Below, piece by piece: positions 28,347 through 41,146 of a stretch of DNA of 64,000 nucleotides. The position numbers were made by a program, and so were the translations under genes. Every line of letters starts with the position of its first letter. Positions within the stretch are counted from its first letter, which is position 1. This DNA is from Octopus sinensis (lineage: Eukaryota): assembly GCF_006345805.1 (NCBI RefSeq), contig NC_043004.1, positions 83,204,001 to 83,268,000 on the forward strand, in the 5' to 3' direction. The notes under the pieces are model-generated. The model worked only from the letters and a program-made list of their open reading frames with translations, did not search any database and had not been told where the DNA came from.

Positions 28347-31300
28347 CACAAACGAGCTCCGAAATCTATCCACAAACAGCTCATAAATCTATCCAAAACA
28401 GCTCCGATATCTGTCTACAAACATCGAAAACAAAGACATCGTATGGAGCCAAAAATTACTAACAAAGGATTGGACTATATCCGAGTAAGTTATACTCATT
28501 GAAATGTATTACTATTTTCCAAACGAAATGATGTATTTAAACTCGATATCATCACCTGTAACATAACACATGTAAACATGCGTGATACATTACGATCCTT
28601 CAACACCAGATCATCCCCGACCCCAAACACCATGTACAAAAAAACTACGATGAAATTAAATACCACCGATATTATTCAACCCAAGAATAACAATCGGGAA
28701 GTACGTACTTTAAACTTACAACACAAAAGGTACGAAAAACTACACGTGCAAAACAATGTGACAACAAAAATGAACGGACCGGTACCCTACGAAAATGACG
28801 ACCGTTAAATTAATGGGCCGGACGTTGTTCCTCATGTCCTGCAAATAAAACCCAAAAGACATAATTGGACACATGAGGAATACATTTCTATCCTACACGC
28901 ATACTTCGCAGCAGTGCTCTACCCAAAAAATGAAAACACAACAACACATACATATAAAATATGGAAGGAAAATAACCTAAATATAGACTTGGATACAGCA
29001 ATGAACCCTAATAAACTAGCTAACGTACGAAGATACATTCTGAACGCAAAAAAATATCAGAAATAGAAATAGAATGTCTAAAAGAAAAAATACACCAGGA
29101 AAATGTAGATAGAAGCCACGCAATAATGCCAAAAAATATAAACACTGAAACAGTAAAACACGAAGACAAACGTAACATTCCCAACAAACACGATGTAAAC
29201 AAAAAGCAACAAACCCAGACCGTAAGGATGCATAATAATACACGATAAACAGCAAGCCAAAACACAGCAAACAAACATGTAAATAAGAAAGAAAGCGACA
29301 CAAATCTAAAATCTGGAAACAACGAAGGAGAGCCTAATGATTATAATTATATAAAAAGTAAACTAATCAAAGAACTGAAAATCACAGAGATCAAAATGGA
29401 CCACCGACCATATCTCCAAAAAATCAAAATAGACGAAACAACAACATCAATTATAAACATCATAAAGCTAGCCGTCACGGAACTAATAGCCACTGAAACA
29501 AAAAGCGATATCACTGTGCTAAATGACTTAGTATACGCAGCAGCCACTGCAGCCACAAAATAAGATGGATACTCACCCAAACCCATCCAAACAAGAGTAC
29601 CACCACTCAAACAAACCCTGTGGATAAATAACATCCAAAAAAATACAAAAAATGAGAAAAGATCTGTCGATTCTTAATGAAATCAGTAGACAATCAACGC
29701 TACTGAGCAACCAAAAGAAAACAAAAATACTCCGCAAATATAACATCACAGAAAAAGATTTACCTGAGATAAAAGAAAAGCTGAAGCAAGATATCCTTGA
29801 CAAAGCACAAAGGATCCGCCGGTACGAGAAACGCCAGCGTTTCTTTGAACAAAACAAAAACGTTCAACTCCGACCCTAAAAAGTTCTACCAAGAATTTGT
29901 CAAAAATAAAATAGAAATCACTGCAGCACCAACGGCAGAAGAAGGGGGAGAATTCTGGAGAGAAATATGGTCGGCGAACGAACAACCCAAAAAGGAGTAT
30001 TAAAACAACAAACTCAGCATCTGAGCAACTTTGGACCCCCATAACAACTGAAGAGGTCACCCAGGCACTGCAAAGACTAAGCAACTGGAAGGCACCTGGG
30101 CATGACAAAATACCCAACTTCTGGTTGAAATATCTAACAGGAATGCACAAAGAGCTGGCTGAAAAGTTTAACAACATACTAGCAGAGCCAGAGACAATAC
30201 TTGGATGGTTAACGAAGGGGAAAACCATCTTAATTCCCAAATCAAATGGAACAGCAAAACCAGAAAACTACAGACCAATAACCTGTCTCCCTACAACGTA
30301 TAAGGCATTTACTGCAGTGATATCGCTAAGGTTGAACAAGCACCTGGACGAAAACAACCTGTTTCCAGAAGAGTAGAAAGGATGCCGCAAGGTCTCATAT
30401 GGCTGTAAAGATCAACTAATTATTAATAAAGCCATAACTGATCACAGCCACAGAGAGAAGCAAGGCCTCAGTATGGCCTGGATCGACTACAAAAAGGCGT
30501 TTGATAGCATCCCCCGCACGTGGATCCTCGAAACACTAGCAATTAACAAAGCAGCACCAACAATTATAAAAGTCATAGGGCACTCTATGAATAAATGGCA
30601 AACAGTGCTACAGCTCCAAACAAAAGAGGGACTCATGAAAACCAAAGCCATCCCCATTAGAAGAGGAATATTCCAGGGAGACACGCTCTCTCCACTCCTT
30701 TTCTGCTTGGCACTATCACCTCTATCTGATATGCTAAATAGAACTGGATGCGGATATAAATGTTACAGCAAAACGAGCAGCCCCCTTTTATTTATGGATG
30801 ACCTAAAACTATACGCTGTAAATGACAAACAGCTGGAAACACTACTAAAGACATTTCATGGATTTACCAAAGAAATAGATATGAAATTTGGATTAGAAAA
30901 ATGCGCCAAAGTAACCCTGAAAAGAGGAAATCTAGTTAAGAATAGCAACATCACACTAGATAAAACCAATGAAATAAAACAATTAGACCAAAGCCAAACT
31001 TACAAATACTTAGAAATCCATGAACAAGATAAGACACAATACACACAAATGAAAGAGAAAGGAAACAAATAATATTACAGACGAGTTAGATCAATACTGA
31101 AAACAGAACTCAATGCTAAAAACAATATAATAGGTATCAACACTTTAGCCGTCCCAGTTATAAGTTACAGCTACAATATCCTTAACTGGACACGAAATGA
31201 ACTGACCAAAATAGATAGGAAAACAAGAAAAATAATGACAGGATCTAGGATGCATCACCCAAAATCTGTCATTGAAAGGCTATATATACAACGTATAGAA

Positions 31301-32263
31301 GGTGCTATATGCCTTTCACAGCTGGAAAACTACTATAAAATAACCACCATAGGACTGCAAAAATATCTACTTCAGAAGGAAGAAAAACTGATACAAATAG
31401 CGGCAAAACACGAGCAAAACAAAAAACTGTTCTCAGTATTTAAGGAAGCTGACAAGTACAAACAAGAAATCATACCACCTAAGAAATATGAAGAAGAAGA
31501 AGAAGAAGAAGAAGAAGAAGAAGAAGAAGAAGAAGAAGAAGAAGAAGAAGAAGAAGAAGAAGAAGAAGAAGAAGAAGAAGAAGAAACAACAAAAGCTATA
31601 AAACAAATGAAATCCAAACTGAAAACAGAACAGCAACGAACCATGATAAAACGATCGCAAGAAAAGTCCATTCATGGTAAATACTAGACTAAACTAACTG
31701 CAAAAGAAATGGACAAAGATAAAATCTCTGCAATGGTTGAGAAGCTCAGGACTCAAAGCAGAAACAGAGGGATTTTTAATTGCACCACAAGACCAAAGCC
31801 TCCCCACCAGAACTTACCAAAAACAGATAGAGAAATTAAGGCCAACAGAACAGATATAGTTGTCTGAGATCATGAAGAAAAAAAATGCTTTCTAATTGAT
31901 GTATCAATACCGGCAGATGACAACGTGTCTCTAAAAGAAATGGAGAAACTTTCAAAATACAAAGACCTGGAAACGGAGGTAACCAGAATGTGGAATCTAA
32001 AAACAGAAACAGTGCCTATCATAGTAGGTGTATTAGGCATGATAAAAAAATATTCAGACAAATACATAACAAAAACACCAGGACTTACAAACACATATAA
32101 CATACAGAAAATTGCACTGCTAGGCACTGCACACATCCTACGCAGAACACTTCCCATACAATAACCATCAGAGCATCACAACAAATCACAGCACATACCC
32201 AAGGCACACAGAGCTGCGCTCGGTAGTGAAGTGAAAGCACGCTATAAAAAATAAAACTACTGA
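28345..32263 (+). mobile_element. Decayed near full-length family A R4/Dong-like LINE
   Basis: Family A 5' region, RT pieces 30125-31072, an in-frame (GAA)32 expansion at 31490-31585, deletion of the zinc-finger region near 31825, intact 3'UTR. Confidence 0.92.
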
Positions 32264-32398
32264 ATAATAATAATAATAATAATGATAATAATAATGATGT
32301 GGATGAGGAGGAGGGGATATTAATAATAATAATAATATTAATAAAATGATACTGATAATAAAAATAACAATAATAATAATAATAATATTAATAAAATG

Positions 32399-32454
<56 letters not shown>

Positions 32455-32455
<1 letters not shown>

Positions 32456-34886
32456 CCGGGGACGTTTAAGATGTAAGAAGGAAAATACAGAGCTCCGAAA
32501 TCTATCCACAAACATCGAAAACAAGGACACCCTATGGAGCCAAAGATTTACTAACAAAGAATTGGACTATATCCGAGTAAGTAATACGAATTGAAATTTA
32601 TTACTATTTTCGAAACGAAATGATGTATTTTGACTCGATATTATCTCCACCTCTAACACAACACATGTAAACATGCGTCGAACAACACGATCATCCCCGA
32701 CATCAAACACCATGTACAAAGGAACTACGAAGAAATTAAATTCCACCGATACTATTCAATCCAAGAATAACAATCGAGCGGTACGTACATTAAACCTACA
32801 ACAAAACATGTACGAAAAACTACACGTGCGAAATAATGTGACAACAGAAATAAACGGACCGGTACCCTACGAAAATGACGACCGTCAAAATAATGGGCCG
32901 GACGTTGTATCTCATGTCCCGCAATTAAAACCCAAAAGACGTAAATGGACACGTGAGGAATACATTTCTATTTTACACGCATACTTCACAGCAATGCTCT
33001 ACCCACAAAATGAAAATACAACAACACATACATATAAAATATGGAAGGAATATAATAGAGATATAGACTTGGATACAGCAATGAACCCTAATAAATTACC
33101 TAACGTACGAAAATACATTCTCAAGGCCAAAAAAATATCAGAAATAGAAATAGAACATTTAAAAGAAAAAATACACCAGGAAAATGTAGATAGAAGCCAC
33201 ACAACAATGCCCAATAATATAAACACGGAAACTGTAAAACACGAAGACAAACGCAACATTCCCAACAAACACGATGTAAACAACGAAGGGGAGCCTAATG
33301 ATTATGATAATATAAAAAATAAAATAATCAAAGAACTGAAAACCACAGAGCCCAAAATGGACCACCGACCATACCTCCCAAGAATAAAAATAAACGCAAT
33401 AACAACACCAATTATAAACAACATAAACCTAGCCGTCACTGAACTAACAACTGAAACAAAAAAAGTGATATCACTGAACTAAATGACTTGATATACGCAG
33501 CAGCCAAAAGAATATTATAGACGAGTTAGATCAATACTAAAAACAGAGCTCAATGCTAAAAACAAGATAATAGGTATCAACACTTTAGCTGTCCCAGTTA
33601 TAAGTTACAGCTACAATATCCTTAACTGGACATGAAATGAACTGTCCAAAATAGATAGGAAAACAAGAAAAATACTGACAGGATCTAGGATGCATCACCC
33701 AAAATCTGACATAGAAAGACTATATATACAACGTATAGAAGGTGGTAGAGGCCTTATACAGCTGGCAAACTTCTATAAAATAACCACCATAGGACTGCAA
33801 AAATACCTACTTCAGAAGGAAGGAAAACTGATCCAGATAGCAGCAAAACACGAGCAAAACAAAAAACTGTTCTCAGTATTTAAGGAAGCTGACAAATACA
33901 AACAAGAAATCATACAACCTAATAAACACAAAGAAGAAGAAGAAGATGATGAAGAAACAACAAAAGCTCTAAAACAAATGAAATCCAAACTAAAAATAGA
34001 ACAGCAACGAGCCATGATATAACGATGGCAAGAAAAGCCCCTTCATGGTAAATACTGCACTAAACTAAACGCAAAAGAAATAGACAAAGAAAAATCCCTG
34101 CAATGGTTGAGAAGCTCAGGACTCAAAGCAGGGACAGAGGGATTTTTAATTGCAGCACAAGACCAAAGCCTCCCCACCAGAAATGACCAAAAATATGTAA
34201 TGAAAAGAAATATTACAAGTAACTGCAGAATATATGGAGATGGACAAGAAACAATAAATCATATTATCTCTAGCTGCCCAGTCCTGGCTAAGAAGGAATA
34301 TATTCACAGACATGACAGAGTTGGAACCTACATACATTGGAAGCTATGCCAACATTATGGAATAACAACAGAAAAAAGATGGTATAGGCACACACCAGAA
34401 AAGGTCACAGAAAACGAGAAAGCAACCATACTCTGGGATATGCCGATACACACAGATAGAGAAATTAAGGCCAACAGACCAGATATAGTTGTCAGAGATC
34501 ATGAAGAAAAAAATGCTTTCTAATTGATGTATCAATACCAGCAGATGACAACGTGTCTCTAAAAGAAATGGAGAAACTCTCAAAATACAAAGACCTGGAA
34601 ATAGAGATAACTAGAATGTGGAATCTGAAAACAGAAACAATTCCTATCATAGTAGGTGCATTAGGCACGATAAAAAAATATTCAGACAAATACATAACAA
34701 AAACACCAGGACTTACAAACACATATAACATACAGAAAATTGCACTACTAGGCACTGCACACATCCTACGCAGAACACTTTCCATACAATAACCATCAGA
34801 GCATCACAACAAATCACAGCACATACCCAAGGCACACAGAGCTGCGCTCGGTAGTGAAGTGAAAGCACGCTATAAAAATAAAACTA

Positions 34887-34890
<4 letters not shown>
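32455..34890 (+). mobile_element. Family A R4/Dong-like LINE with intact ends and RT deleted
   Basis: Starts caccgggggacgtttaagatgtaag. N-terminal ORF 32673-33482. Joins at ~33507 (cagcagcc|aaaagaatattatag) straight to the post-RT region. 3'UTR plus (AAT)n. Confidence 0.92.
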
Positions 34891-34966
<76 letters not shown>

Positions 34967-35829
34967 TAATAATAATTGGTAGACGTGTTCTCCAAATTGA
35001 TGATATTCTATTCCTTCACAACCAAATAATACCCATAGTTTTCCCTCTAACCGTAGATTAATATTCACTTAATTAAATTCTACCCACCATTCTTAAAATT
35101 TAGCGGTCAACTATCTTGAAACAGATACACCAATAATTCCACTCTAGTCCAATATCTCCCTTTTAGCCCTTTTCCGCCACGCAACTAAACACTCTGCTTA
35201 CATAACAAATAAATATCAAATTTTTATTTTCATGGAGGTACGTACGTATCCTTCTTTCTATATTATTTACTCATAACTGGTTATATATGTGCGTGTGTGT
35301 GTGTGTTTGTGTGTATGTGAGTGTGTGTGTGTGTATTATTTTGTATCGATATGCCTGTTTGTGTATGCTTAAGTACATCCAAGTTTATATCTGTCTAGAC
35401 GTATAAGTACCCATACGTATGCGACGTGGTGCAGCAACACAAACATGCATATTCATGTATATACACAACACCTTTCTAGTGTCCAGCTAGTCCCATTTGA
35501 CAACCATCCATTTGTTATATGAAAAACTCTATAACCCACTTTACTTATATATATTTACATATATATATTATATGATGTTGTTTAATATTGTAAAATATAT
35601 ATAACACTCCCATCTATACATATTACCCAACCTAATATACTACATAAACAACACTGGATAAACCTTCTTAACCATTTGAAGTTGAATTGAAAGTTTAAAT
35701 TTACAAGGAATGGACCTTAACTACCAAGAACCTTCAAATAAATCGGAGAGACAATAAGCCTAACTTCACTAGTAACCTATGAATACATATATCAAATCGT
35801 GATCCATAAAGATAAATTATAACACTTAC

Positions 35830-36783
35830 TGATCGGTTTACACGAAGTCCACACCAAATCATTCCTATGCAAAAGAGTATGTTAATGATTAACATCAGTA
35901 ACATATAAAGTTGTTCATATGGGGCAGATTTAAAGGAATTATTTATCATTCCATACGTGGCAATGCAGCCGCTTATTATATTAGCAAGGATGATAAATCC
36001 GGATGTTATCTGCAGTGATTCGTTGACAAATCTCAGTATTGCGCTTAGAGTATCGTGTGTATTACATATTTCTTCAATCCCTCTATGTGTCTTGAACATA
36101 ACAGTCTTATCTGATTGTTGTTCGTTTACGCACTTTTGGGCCTCATTCGCCACTTTCTTAAACTCATAAATAAGTGTAAGACTGATTATAAGATCAAAAT
36201 AGAGATCAAATAACACAGTCACCAAAGAGAAGCCATTGAAGATGAGTTGTATTGTTAAAACTGGAATGTAATATGTATTATTTGTTGGTACAGGAAATGT
36301 TAAAAACATCAGAAAATCGCTACTGCAGAGCGGCAAAATAAGATCAATACACATATAGAAAATGACAGGCCCGGATATATATACAAATAAAGTTGTATAT
36401 GAAAATATTAAATTACAGTTATAATATTTTTTACTTTCCTCTTCGATTTCAAGATCGGTGAATTTTTCAAATAGTTGCTTGTCGTTACAATCGCTGAAGA
36501 GTTTCACCAAACAGAAGAGAGTTAAGAAACTCCTGTAGAGAATTATGTAACAATACACAAATATTCCACTTGTGTTAACATTTTGCATTTGTATTAAAGT
36601 CACAATATGCCGAATCGGGTTTACAATCAAATATATAACGTATAATAAGTAAATTGCAGAGAAAGAAATTACTTTCAAATCGAGTGTTTTCAGGATGGAT
36701 TTATTCTTAATATGTTTCCGAATATTACTAATTTTTCGATATAATTCCAACATTTTAAAGAATTGTGTTTGTTTTGCTTCCAT
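35830..36783 (-). CDS. GRL exon 3: first coding exon, TM1-TM6, 318 codons
   Basis: Close paralog of exons 1 and 2. Donor TCA|GTAAGT at 35829-35824. Confidence 0.8.
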
Positions 36784-37494
36784 GGTTATTCTAATTCCGT
36801 CGTATTAATAGAGTTTTGCTTTCAAATAGATAAACACGCCAGTAGAATCCACACGATATATAAAGCAATTTTTAAAGTTTTCCGCTGTTTCTTGTCTATT
36901 TTTTACTGTGTTGTAAAATTTAATGTAACGGTAAATTTTAAACAATAACTGATGGCAAAATAAAGTAATTATGAAAGTCCTGTGGAAATTAGAAATCATT
37001 AGTGTCAGTTACAATTATGCTTGGCCTAAATGTGTTATATTTCAGAAGCACAATGTATAATATTCAAATCCTATGTATTATCTGCGATAAATAAACATAT
37101 ATATATATATATATATATATAGCTGTTGCTAAAGATCTGGATTGAATGCTTCTGTTCTGGAAACAGTATAGTCTATTAAACTTGGTCAACAATATTTCAG
37201 GTCCTTTGTTAGAAACCTGTCTGGGTGTGTTTCCATTTTAACAAAGATATTACAGATATATTACAAGATATATATTTTCTGTTTCAATTAACGTGTAGCC
37301 TGATTATATTTGATTATTTATTCTAATATAATGCAGGGTTGAGTGTAACACACAGAGAATTATATACCTCAAAACACATGATTCAAACTGTCCTTTCTCT
37401 TATTGTAAATTATTTAAGGAAAATTATGGCATATATATATTTGTATTATTGTGTGTTCGCTTGTACGTGTATGTAAATGTATACTTATTTTTGA

Positions 37495-37574
<80 letters not shown>

Positions 37575-37827
37575 TTTAACACACAAATACCTGTATATAA
37601 GTATATATAAGCGTGTATGTATCCATATATATATATATGTATGTATATATATGCATATTATAGAACCTAGCTGTTCTTTCTATTGGGTTGAATCCCATGA
37701 GTGGATTCGTTATGTGTTTAAATGTACACAGTATTTTATATATAAGTAATAACTTACGTAGGATCCAAGTAATAACTTACGGTAGACATGTGTCTCCGTG
37801 GCGTTCCATCATATATACATATATATA

Positions 37828-37931
<104 letters not shown>

Positions 37932-38712
37932 TAATTAATAACTAACGGTGGACACGTGTCTTCGTGGCGTTCCATTATAGATAAACAAATATAAGATACC
38001 TGAATTACAGGCCATCACCAAGGAGTGAAAATTACGTAGACATATAATGACGAAATGCCAAAAGAAGTGTAACCCCTCCTCGTTTGTCGACTGTTAATTA
38101 CTCTCTATTTCGAGCTTTCAACGACAATACAGGAAAACTTCATAAAACAGCATCATGCAGAAATATAAAAATACAAAGTTTCTGGAGAGTTAGAGCCTCG
38201 AACGAACAAACAACGACAGAGTGGACACACCAAGTAAACAATCGACAAAGACTACCATTAAGGACCATTGGGCCAAGACGCATTGTAATGGGTAACGTCT
38301 GGGAGAAATTTTGAATGGATACAAATTAAATACAAGATAAGAATATATTAGGAAGGAAAAATGAGAGAAAAAATGTTTGTAGGCGAGAAAAATGACGTCC
38401 AGCTGAACACGATACACATGGCTAATGCAAAGGTTTTCAACATGAACCTGGTTACGAGACTGATAATATATACCATTCGAGTGGTCGAATGCTCCTGCGG
38501 CCCATTTTACCTACACAAGATACATTATCGCGTTTCATTAGATTATGGAATTGAAAGCAGAGATAATAGTTGTGGCTGTTTGCAAACATTTGAGAGGTAA
38601 ATTAATTGTCGAATGCATGGAATATGCCACCATTCAAAGCCACTTGTAATTGACGGCAATTATTTTTGGTTATTATGGACAGGGTATTATGCAAGTATTT
38701 TATATAACTTAC

Positions 38713-39705
38713 CGCAGCGTGTAAACGAACACCATGCCAAAGTGTTATGATCCAAAACATCATATTGGAGAATGCTGCAATTGCTGTATAAGTGTATATA
38801 TACCCATTATTTTTAAATGACTCGTTTATAATTCCGTAAGTTGCAATACAAGAGCTGATAATGCTACCAAGTACGATGTATCCTGTAATAAATCGTAACG
38901 ATTCATTTACTAATTCCAGTATTGCACTCAGATTCTCGTGTGCATTACATAAGTCTGTAATCTCTCTAGGTTTCTTCGCCAAAATTGAAATGTGTGGTTG
39001 CTGTTCCTTTAGGTAGCGTTGAGCCTGACTCGCCAACTTTTCAAATTCATACTTAAGAATAAATCCCATTATGAAATTTATATACATATCAAATATATAA
39101 GACGTCAGTAATATGCAATTAATTACAACTTGCATTGTTAAAAATGGAATGTTAAAAGTACTGTTGATTGGTACAGGATATGTTAAGAAAGTCAGCAGAT
39201 CAGGGCTAAAAAGCGGCAAAACTTGCTCCATACATATGTAAAAAGTTAGCGGCATCAATATTCCTATAGATAGAGATATATATGAGAATTTTATATGGCA
39301 GTTATAGAATTGTCTATCTTCTTCTTGAATTTCAATTTCGGCGAATGCGTCAATTAGTTTCTTGTCTTTAGGATTCTTGAATAATTTCAGAATACAAAGG
39401 AAGAGAAAGGAACTTTCGTAAAATATTATGCAAATATACGAAAATATTTCATCAGATTTAGCAATTCCCAGTAGTATAAAAGTGGTAATGTAACGAATGG
39501 GGTTTACTATTAAATATACATAATACAATATATGTAAAACCTGGTAAAATATTCGTATAAATTTGAGTGATTCTAGCGATGAACTATCCATAACAGATTT
39601 CCTAATACTTTTAAATTTTCGGTAACATTCCAACATTTTTAAGAATCGTGTTCGATTTCTTTTCATATTTTCTATATTTCCGATATTTTCAGAATGCGTT
39701 TCCAT
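38713..39705 (-). CDS. GRL exon 4: divergent paralog, first coding exon, TM1-TM6, 331 codons
   Basis: Shares NPIRYI, LPLFSPDLLTFLTYPVP, YEFEKLASQAQ, EITDLCNAHENLSAILELVNESL and CIATYGII. Donor GCG|GTAAGT at 38712-38707, after WHGVRLHAA. Confidence 0.8.
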
Positions 39706-39799
39706 ATCAGCAAATGGAATCGGTGACTGGGAAGTGTCAAGTTTTATTTTTTAAAGAATTTACTATTCCTTTTACAAATGAAGATATATTTGCTGTATG

Positions 39800-39930
39800 C
39801 TGCAGGAAACAGAAGCAACGTACACTAGTAATGAACGGTTCGTGTGATTTTAGATATTATTTCATCGAGATATCAAACTATTACATGAAGCACATACGAT
39901 TCAGCAGTATTCTCAATCACATACACTTAC
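39800..39930 (-). other. Candidate 5'UTR intron of GRL exon 4
   Basis: Minus-strand AAT|GTAAGT at 39930 and a pyrimidine-rich gcttctgtttcctgcAG ending at 39800, ~95 nt before the ATG. Confidence 0.4.
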
Positions 39931-40474
39931 ATTTGCAATGATGCAAAGCATTTAAGCAGTCACAATTTTTAAATCTAACAAATAATTTCGTGTAATATTT
40001 TCCTTACAGAAAACATATTTCAACTTACTGAATATACCAACACTGCCACTCCACTCCTACTCATAACAAGTGTCATCAAAATGTGACAAATCAACTGCTG
40101 TGTCTATTTGAGAGACGAACTGCCTGTCTCTACGCAACAATCCAAAGCTAATTGTTTTCCCGATGTTCCCTAACAGAGTTTGTATAATATACGAGTATAC
40201 ACGCGCGCGCGCACGCACACACACACACGCACGCACGCACACACACACGCACATGCACGCAAGCCCACACACCCTCATACATATACATACGTATTTGTGT
40301 CCGACTATACATTTAGGTTCATATACATTTAGGTTCACACAATGCATGCACACCAACACATACGCACTCATACATATACGCACTCAGAAATATACACATA
40401 TACACATATATATGTACATGTATATGTATATATATTTATATATAGATCTATGTGTGTATATATGTATGTATATA

Positions 40475-40521
<47 letters not shown>

Positions 40522-40751
40522 CCACACTCACACGTACTTGCTGTTATATTTGCTTGATAGGGCGATAATTATATTCCCTTTATTTATTCTTTGCCACTCC
40601 TCCCTCGGTTCAGAAAGCACTTACACCATCTATGTTACATAGATTACAATTAGTGGAAATAAATATTCGATATCAGTTTGATGGTGTTGTATTAGCAATC
40701 AGGATTGTTTAATCTCTGTCGAAGGCATGTTTTTCTTATTAATATAATAAT

Positions 40752-40980
40752 GTGGCTAAGGTGGCAATTTTGCAGAATTGTTAGCACTCTGGAAAGGATG
40801 CTTAGTGGCATTTCTTTCGTCTCTTTGCGTTCTGAGTTCAAATTCCACTGATATTGACATTATATTTCACCCAATTGGGGTCGATGACATAAGGAACGGC
40901 CGAGCACTGCCGATTCGTTGTAATTGGCTTACAGCTTCCCTGAAATTTCTGTTTTGGGTCAAAATTTGAATGCGTTATTG
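40752..40980 (+). mobile_element. Degenerate tRNA-derived SINE
   Basis: gttagcactc...atgcttag...cgttctGAGTTCAAATTCC...ggggtcgat, related to 9881-10097. Confidence 0.7.
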
Positions 40981-41083
40981 TTAATATTCATATGCATTCA
41001 GAAAATACAAAAACTACTGCCTGGTATTGCATCAGTATCTGGTCGTCGTCATCGTCATCATCATCATCATCATCATGGTCTTG

Positions 41084-41142
<59 letters not shown>

Positions 41143-41146
<4 letters not shown>

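Noticed and set aside
36805-36999. Recurrent upstream ORF MLSNFYRPFIITLFCH... (also 10863-11060, 9389-9562, and upstream of exon 2)
   Set aside because: It recurs only because the units are recent duplicates. Its length varies through frameshifts and stops, and its ATG lies just 5' of a probable splice acceptor.
38190-38510. Candidate private exon 2 for GRL4 (open frame containing FSFLIYSYLVFNL; another frame gives LGPMVLNGSL)
   Set aside because: Only a weak TY-like match with no QF, and no counterpart downstream of exons 1-3 or 5.
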